The notes below the pieces were generated by a model that ran no database searches, had not been told where the DNA came from, and was given only the letters and a program-made list of their open reading frames with translations. A program made the translations under genes and the position numbers. Positions 58,893 through 64,000 of a stretch of 64,000 nucleotides of DNA are shown here, one piece after another (positions within the stretch are counted from its first letter, which is position 1; each line of letters begins with the position of its first letter). The DNA comes from Alphaproteobacteria bacterium. GTDB lineage: Bacteria > Pseudomonadota > Alphaproteobacteria > UBA6615. Where the stretch lies: positions 9,842 through 73,841 of the forward strand of contig CBDHEC010000036.1 in NCBI GenBank assembly GCA_965261975.1, in the 5' to 3' direction.

Positions 58893-60113
58893 CTAAAGCC
58901 CCTGATCGATGACATGCTCGACCGGACGACCGCTGACCCGGATGATGCGCTCGAGAGGAAGATTGAGGGACGGGTCGTCGGTCGGGCTGTCGAGGCCCCG
59001 CTGGATGAAGGCGCCGAGGTTGCGGGCGTGCTCGAGGGCCCGCTTGCCGGCCGGCAGACGCTCGGCCTCGTAACGCGCCATGGCCTCGGGGATGGTGGCG
59101 CATTGGGCCAGGGCGTCGGCCAGCGCGAGCGCATCCTGGCCCGCCTTCAGCACGCCCACCCCCACATGGGGACGGGCGACAAACGCGGCGTCGCCGATCA
59201 GGGCTACATTGCCGAAGGCAAGGCGATCATTGTCGATGTCGTAGATCGGCTGGACCGTGGTCGAGTCCGCGCGCATGACCGCCTCGTGGAAGTTTGCCGG
59301 CATCTCGCGTCGCGCGTTCTCGCGCACGGTCTCCGCATGCACCGGGCGCATGAGATGGGGTGCGATGCCATATTCATGGGTCTTGCCGGATGCGTCGGTC
59401 AGGATGTCGGTGAGTTGTTGGTCGGATGCGGGGTGGTACCAGAGATAGGTATAGCGGCGTTCGCCGGGTTGCTGGGAGCCGTCCGCACCGTCGATCGGGT
59501 AACCGATCAGCTGACTGCCGGACATGAACAGGAAGGCATAGTGATGGAAAATGTCGGTGCGGAACGTCTCCGACAGCGTTAGCTCCTCGCTCACCCCGCG
59601 CCATGCAACATAGCCGGCATATTCCGGTTGCACCGCCGGCGCGACGATCTGGCGGACGGCGGAACGGAAGCCGTCGGCGGCGATCACGACGTCTGCCGTG
59701 AAGCAGCGACCCTCGGTGGTGCGCACCGTCGTGATCCCGCCGGACGTCTCCATGTCCGCAAAAACACTGCCCCCGTGATAGCTCGCCGTCGGGAACCGCT
59801 CGAACAGAGACAGGTAGACCTGGTTCCAGGCGCAGAGCTGCTGATCGAGGTCGTAGGTGGAGATGATCGCACCGGTGCGATCGAAGCCGGTGCGACCCGT
59901 CACATCGATCCCGCCGGACATGCCGCGTGGCACGTCGAGAAGGTCGAGCAGTTCTTCGAGCTCGGCGTGGCGCGCTATTCCCTGGCCTCGCGAGGCGAGG
60001 GTCTCGGGCGCGATTTCCAGAATATCGACGTCCCAGCCCCGGCGGATCAGAAAGTTGCCGGCGAACAGGCCGCCAACCGAACCGCCGACGATGACTGCGC
60101 GTTTGTTCCGCAT
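58893..60113 (-). CDS. FAD-dependent monooxygenase (2,6-dihydroxypyridine hydroxylase-like)
   Basis: GGSVGGL, AADGFRS, YAGYVAWRG, GDAAFVARPHVG. Confidence 0.85.
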   Translation of the reverse strand: MRNKRAVIVGGSVGGLFAGNFLIRRGWDVDILEIAPETLASRGQGIARHAELEELLDLLDVPRGMSGGIDVTGRTGFDRTGAIISTYDLDQQLCAWNQVYLSLFERFPTASYHGGSVFADMETSGGITTVRTTEGRCFTADVVIAADGFRSAVRQIVAPAVQPEYAGYVAWRGVSEELTLSETFRTDIFHHYAFLFMSGSQLIGYPIDGADGSQQPGERRYTYLWYHPASDQQLTDILTDASGKTHEYGIAPHLMRPVHAETVRENARREMPANFHEAVMRADSTTVQPIYDIDNDRLAFGNVALIGDAAFVARPHVGVGVLKAGQDALALADALAQCATIPEAMARYEAERLPAGKRALEHARNLGAFIQRGLDSPTDDPSLNLPLERIIRVSGRPVEHVIDQGL

Positions 60114-60152
60114 ACTGCCTGAATAAGGGAATTCAGCCGTGCGTGGAACCGT

Positions 60153-61247
60153 TCACTCCCCCAGATCGACGATAGCGACAACCGGCCCGCCGCCCTGGGG
60201 ACCCTGGTGCATGGCATCCACCGAGACGAACACCGCGGGATCGCCGATGGCCGTCGCCGCGACGCCGCCGACCGCTGCCTTGGAATGGCGATGATGATGC
60301 ACGTCGGAATCATCGAGCATGATCTGGCGGCGACCGCGCAAGCGTGCGCTCGGGTCGGCCTCGCATTTCATGAAGCAGTTGACGACCTTGCCGTCCAGGT
60401 CCTCCGACCGCGGCCTGTCGGGCAGGTCGAGCCCGGCGTCGCGGATTGCGTCGTAGATGCCGTCGATGTCGAGGGCATCCTTCATCACGCTGTGGCCGAT
60501 CCGGTGGCGGCCGCCGGCGCCGGCCTTGTTGCCGAACAGCACGATTTGCGCCTGATCCAGTTCCACACCCGAAGAGCAGGAGGCGACAGCGGAATAGAGG
60601 TCCATATTCCGGCAGATGTCTTCTTGCGTGGGCATCTCGATCTCGCCCAGGGCGACGGCGATGCCCAGCCCCGTGGTGCCGTTGGAGACGCCCATGGAAT
60701 CATGCACCTCGCAGGCGACGGTCTCGCCGCGCGCGTGGGCGTCCTGCACGCCCTCGACCGTCAGCAGCGGTGTCTTGGTCTGGACGTAATGCACATCCTT
60801 GGGATCGGTGATGCCCGCGTCGGCCATTGCTCCGCGCACGGCGTCGGCGACCTTTTCAACCATGGCCAGGCGCCCAATGTCCTCGGGGAAGAGTTCCGCA
60901 CTCATGGCGGTGCCCATGACGATCCGATCCTTGTCCTCGGGGCCGGTGGTATCGTTTCGTGCGAAGGCCACGGCATGGGGCGTGATCACCCCGTCGCAGC
61001 CGCCCGACCAGACCATGGGGATTTCCTTGATATCGGCCTCGGACCGGCTGCCGTGTTTCATCAGGACGGCGCGGTAGGCCTGGTCCGAGAGAATACGGGT
61101 GAAGTCGTTGACCCCACCGTTGCCCTCGGTCTTGCCGATGACGGCGACGATCTCGTCGGCGGCGGCATCGCCCGACGCGATCCACTCGTCGAGCCCGGAG
61201 GCATCGGAGACGGACTTGATTTCGATCTTGCGGACGTCGATGGCCAT
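60153..61247 (-). CDS. Ring-opening amidohydrolase, AtzD/barbiturase family (barbiturase-like)
   Basis: [59 protein letters not shown]. Confidence 0.9.
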   Translation of the reverse strand: MAIDVRKIEIKSVSDASGLDEWIASGDAAADEIVAVIGKTEGNGGVNDFTRILSDQAYRAVLMKHGSRSEADIKEIPMVWSGGCDGVITPHAVAFARNDTTGPEDKDRIVMGTAMSAELFPEDIGRLAMVEKVADAVRGAMADAGITDPKDVHYVQTKTPLLTVEGVQDAHARGETVACEVHDSMGVSNGTTGLGIAVALGEIEMPTQEDICRNMDLYSAVASCSSGVELDQAQIVLFGNKAGAGGRHRIGHSVMKDALDIDGIYDAIRDAGLDLPDRPRSEDLDGKVVNCFMKCEADPSARLRGRRQIMLDDSDVHHHRHSKAAVGGVAATAIGDPAVFVSVDAMHQGPQGGGPVVAIVDLGE

Positions 61248-61297
61248 TTTGCGTTTCCTTGGTTGCTTGGTTCTTCAGCCGATTCTTCGGCAGGATA

Positions 61298-62087
61298 CTA
61301 GATCGCCGCCGGGGGCCAACCCACCGGACGGACTTGTTGTAACAGTTTCGCGACCGCCAGGATTGTCGGTTCACCCAATCGTGGTCCGATGATCTGGAGG
61401 CCTATGGGAAGGCCCGAGGCGCTCAAGCCTGCAGGTGCGGACCCGGCGGGAAAGCCCGTCAGGGTGATCAGGAAGGCCTGCGCGATCCAGTCGATGTAGT
61501 TCTCGAGCCGGACGCCGCCGATTTCCTCGGGATAGTTCTGTTCGACGGGAAACGGGAGGACCGGGGCCGTCGGCGTCAGCAGCGCATCAAATTGCGACAG
61601 GCAGTCGCGCACGGCTTGCCACATCCGCGTCCGGACCTGCTCTGCTGCTGCCGTAGCACCAACATCCTGGGCCAAGCCGTCGCGGATGTTGCCGGCGAGA
61701 TTGGCGCCGAATCGATCGATATGTTCGAGGCGTGCGTGTTGCTGACCGACCATCCATTCGCCCCGCAACACCTTGAAGGCTTCGCGTCCTTCGGACAGGT
61801 CGAGTGATATCTCCTCGACGGTGGCACCCGCGTGGCGCAATTCCTCCATGGCTGTTTGGCAGGTCGCCGCGATTTCCGGGTCGATACCGATTCCCGCGAT
61901 GTCTGTCGCATAGGCGATGCGCATCCCTGCGGGATTCTCGAGCGCGCGCAGCTCTGCCAGGCAACTGGGCCAGGGTGGCGCGATGGAAATGGGCGACATG
62001 GGGCTGAAACCGGCCATGCCGTCGATCATCAGCGCCGCGTCCTCGGCCGTTCGTGCAAGCGGGCCGTGGACCTGACCGGGATCGAAA
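61298..62087 (-). pseudogene. 5'-truncated amidase-signature family amidase
   Basis: Homology from FDPGQVHGPLARTAEDAALM through FDALLTPT and GLPIGLQIIG. The N-terminal catalytic Lys and GGSSGG/Ser signature are absent, and the upstream DNA is the metY promoter region. Confidence 0.82.
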
Positions 62088-62242
62088 GCCCGCTGACGTC
62101 GCGCTTTTGTTAGGAAACCGTGCGTGCTAAAAGCCCGCAGATTTTGTGTATCACCAAAAATAACACTCAGAAAACGTATTTATAACAGGTGCACTCGGTC
62201 CTGCGCGGCCAGCCCGCTGCCTACGTCCAGCATTCGGAGAAC

Positions 62243-63535
62243 ATGATGACAACGTCCAACAATCCAGAAACGCTCGCGCTTCATGCGGGCCACCGCGCTG
62301 ACCCGACCACCGGTTCGGTCGCGGTCCCCATCCATCAGACGACGAGCTACCAGTTTCGCGACACCGAGCATGCGGGCAACCTGTTTGCTCTCAAGGAACT
62401 CGGAAACATCTACACGCGGATCATGAACCCGACGGTCGATGTCCTCGAACAGCGCCTGGCGGCGATCGAGGGCGGGGTCGCCGGTCTCGGGCTCTCCTCG
62501 GGCCAGTCCGCATCGATGTTCTCGATCATGAACATCGCGCGTGCCGGCGACAATTTTGTCTGCTCGACCGACATCTATGGCGGCACGTGGAATCTGTTCA
62601 AGAACACCATGCGCGACATGGGCGTGGAGGCGCGTTTCGTGGATCCCGCCGACCCCGAAGCGTTCCGCGCCGCGACGGACGACAAGACCCGCGCCTACTA
62701 CGCAGAAACCCTGCCGAACCCGAAACTCGAAGTGTTTCCCATCGGCGAAGTTGCGGCGATCGGTCGTGAGCTCGGCGTGCCGCTGATCGTGGACAATACG
62801 GCGGCACCGCTGCTGTGTCGTCCGTTCGACCACGGTGCGGCGATCGTCATGTATTCCACCACGAAGTATATCGGCGGCCATGGTACGTCGATCGGCGGGA
62901 TGCTGATCGATGGTGGCAACTTCGACTGGGAGGCGCATGCCGACCGGTTCCCGCTGCTCAACGAACCCGATCCCAGCTATCACGGTGCGGTCTGGACCGA
63001 GGCGGTGAAACCGCTGGGGCCGATTGCCTACATCATCAAGGCGCGCGTGACTCTGCTGCGTGATATCGGCGCCGCGATGTCGCCGCAGAACGCGTTCCAG
63101 TTCATCCAGGGTCTCGAGACCCTGGCGCTTCGCATGGAACGCCATTGCGAGAATGCCATCAAGGTGACCGATTACCTGCAGGCCCACGACAAGGTCGAGA
63201 AGGTGATTTTCCCCGGTCAGATGGAAGGTGAAGCACGCGCGCGCGCAGACAAGTATCTGAACGGTGGATATGGCGGGCTCGCCGGGATCGTTCTCAAGGG
63301 TGGCGACGAGGCCGGCCGCAAGTTCATCGATGCCCTCGAGATGCTCTATCACGTGGCCAACATCGGTGATGCGCGCTCTCTGGCCATTCATCCCGCCTCG
63401 ACGACCCACAGCCAGCTTGACGCAGACGAGTTGCTGCAGTCCGGTGTCGTGCCGGGTTATGTGCGTCTGTCGATCGGTATCGAGCATGCCGATGACATCA
63501 TCGCGGACATCGATCAGGCGCTGGCCAAAGCCTAG
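62243..63535 (+). CDS. metY: O-acetylhomoserine sulfhydrylase (aminocarboxypropyltransferase)
   Basis: PIHQTTSY, IYTRIMNPT, STTKYIGGHG (PLP Lys), ANIGDARSLAIHPASTTHSQL. Confidence 0.93.
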   Translation: MMTTSNNPETLALHAGHRADPTTGSVAVPIHQTTSYQFRDTEHAGNLFALKELGNIYTRIMNPTVDVLEQRLAAIEGGVAGLGLSSGQSASMFSIMNIARAGDNFVCSTDIYGGTWNLFKNTMRDMGVEARFVDPADPEAFRAATDDKTRAYYAETLPNPKLEVFPIGEVAAIGRELGVPLIVDNTAAPLLCRPFDHGAAIVMYSTTKYIGGHGTSIGGMLIDGGNFDWEAHADRFPLLNEPDPSYHGAVWTEAVKPLGPIAYIIKARVTLLRDIGAAMSPQNAFQFIQGLETLALRMERHCENAIKVTDYLQAHDKVEKVIFPGQMEGEARARADKYLNGGYGGLAGIVLKGGDEAGRKFIDALEMLYHVANIGDARSLAIHPASTTHSQLDADELLQSGVVPGYVRLSIGIEHADDIIADIDQALAKA

Positions 63536-63559
63536 TATTTCCGTGCGGTATCAGAGTAC

Positions 63560-63587
63560 AGGGCGGTCCCGACAATGGGGCCGCCCT
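63560..63587. terminator. Hairpin downstream of metY
   Basis: AGGGCGGTCCC-gacaat-GGGGCCGCCCT; weak U-tract. Confidence 0.5.
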
Positions 63588-63734
63588 ATCGCATTTCTGG
63601 TCTGCGTTTTCCGCAAACGTCGTTAATCTTTTGACTTGGACTTCCGCGTTTTCGGTTCGAATTCGCAACAGTTTTTTAACTTTTGATGCCTACCTTTCCC
63701 GAAAGAAAATGACGACGTACCGGGAGAGGGTTCA

Positions 63735-64000
63735 GTGCCAAATACCGACCAGAATGATAATCCAGCCAAGCTGGCGAACACCGCCATTGTGCGCATGGCA
63801 AAGCTGGATATCCCACCCACACCCGAGAACTTCACTGTTTGGTACTGCTATCTGCGCGGCGACGACCCCGATGTCGTGCACATGATCGATCGTCTCCTGG
63901 AGGCCGGTGAAACTTTCACGGAAGAACGCTGCAACGCGCTCTATTTGCGATGCGCGGCGTTTAGCGCAAAGACGATAGAGGACGAACGAGAGACGAAGTT
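63735..64000 (+). CDS. N-terminus of a probable diguanylate cyclase (GGDEF protein), runs off the window
   Basis: GTG after GGAGAGGG; IPPTPENFTVWYCYLRG matches the PTPxNF/YxxWYxY N-terminal motif of DgcB/VdcA-type proteins. The GGDEF domain itself is not in the window. Confidence 0.65.
   Translation, partial: MPNTDQNDNPAKLANTAIVRMAKLDIPPTPENFTVWYCYLRGDDPDVVHMIDRLLEAGETFTEERCNALYLRCAAFSAKTIEDERETK

Noticed and set aside
62090-62242. SAM-II or SAM-SAH riboswitch upstream of metY
   Set aside because: A GCTAAAA and a weak GCTTTT/AAAAGC hairpin are present, but I could not match the SAM-II GATTT loop and pseudoknot. An Infernal search would settle it.

Overview
A GC-rich chromosomal segment that looks alphaproteobacterial (Rhodospirillales-like, judged from gene order and protein style). 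Core genes are greA, carAB, yqeY-dnaG-rpoD, tRNA-Ile2(CAT), yhhQ/queA/queG, ettA, mlaAC, sahR-metF-split metH, folE and metY, interleaved with accessory catabolic genes. Highlights: (1) a peroxiredoxin-like selenoprotein hidden by an in-frame TGA (W-U-P-Y-C) with a SECIS-like hairpin 12 nt downstream; (2) a cluster built around a two-subunit B12 acyl-CoA mutase with a remodelled substrate pocket, plus MeaB, CoA transferase, CoA ligase, hydratase, oxygenases and a lyase, which may be an uncharacterised catabolic pathway; (3) a barbiturase-type ring-opening hydrolase with a flavin monooxygenase, folE and a CodA-like deaminase; (4) a decayed tRNA-adjacent patch holding a nonsense-disrupted LuxO-like regulator and three gene stumps within about 400 bp; (5) a dense indel zone (about 36.1-39.0 kb) that is probably a sequencing artefact. 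No CRISPR array, rRNA, integrase or transposase was seen. All family calls come from motif recognition by eye, not database searches.
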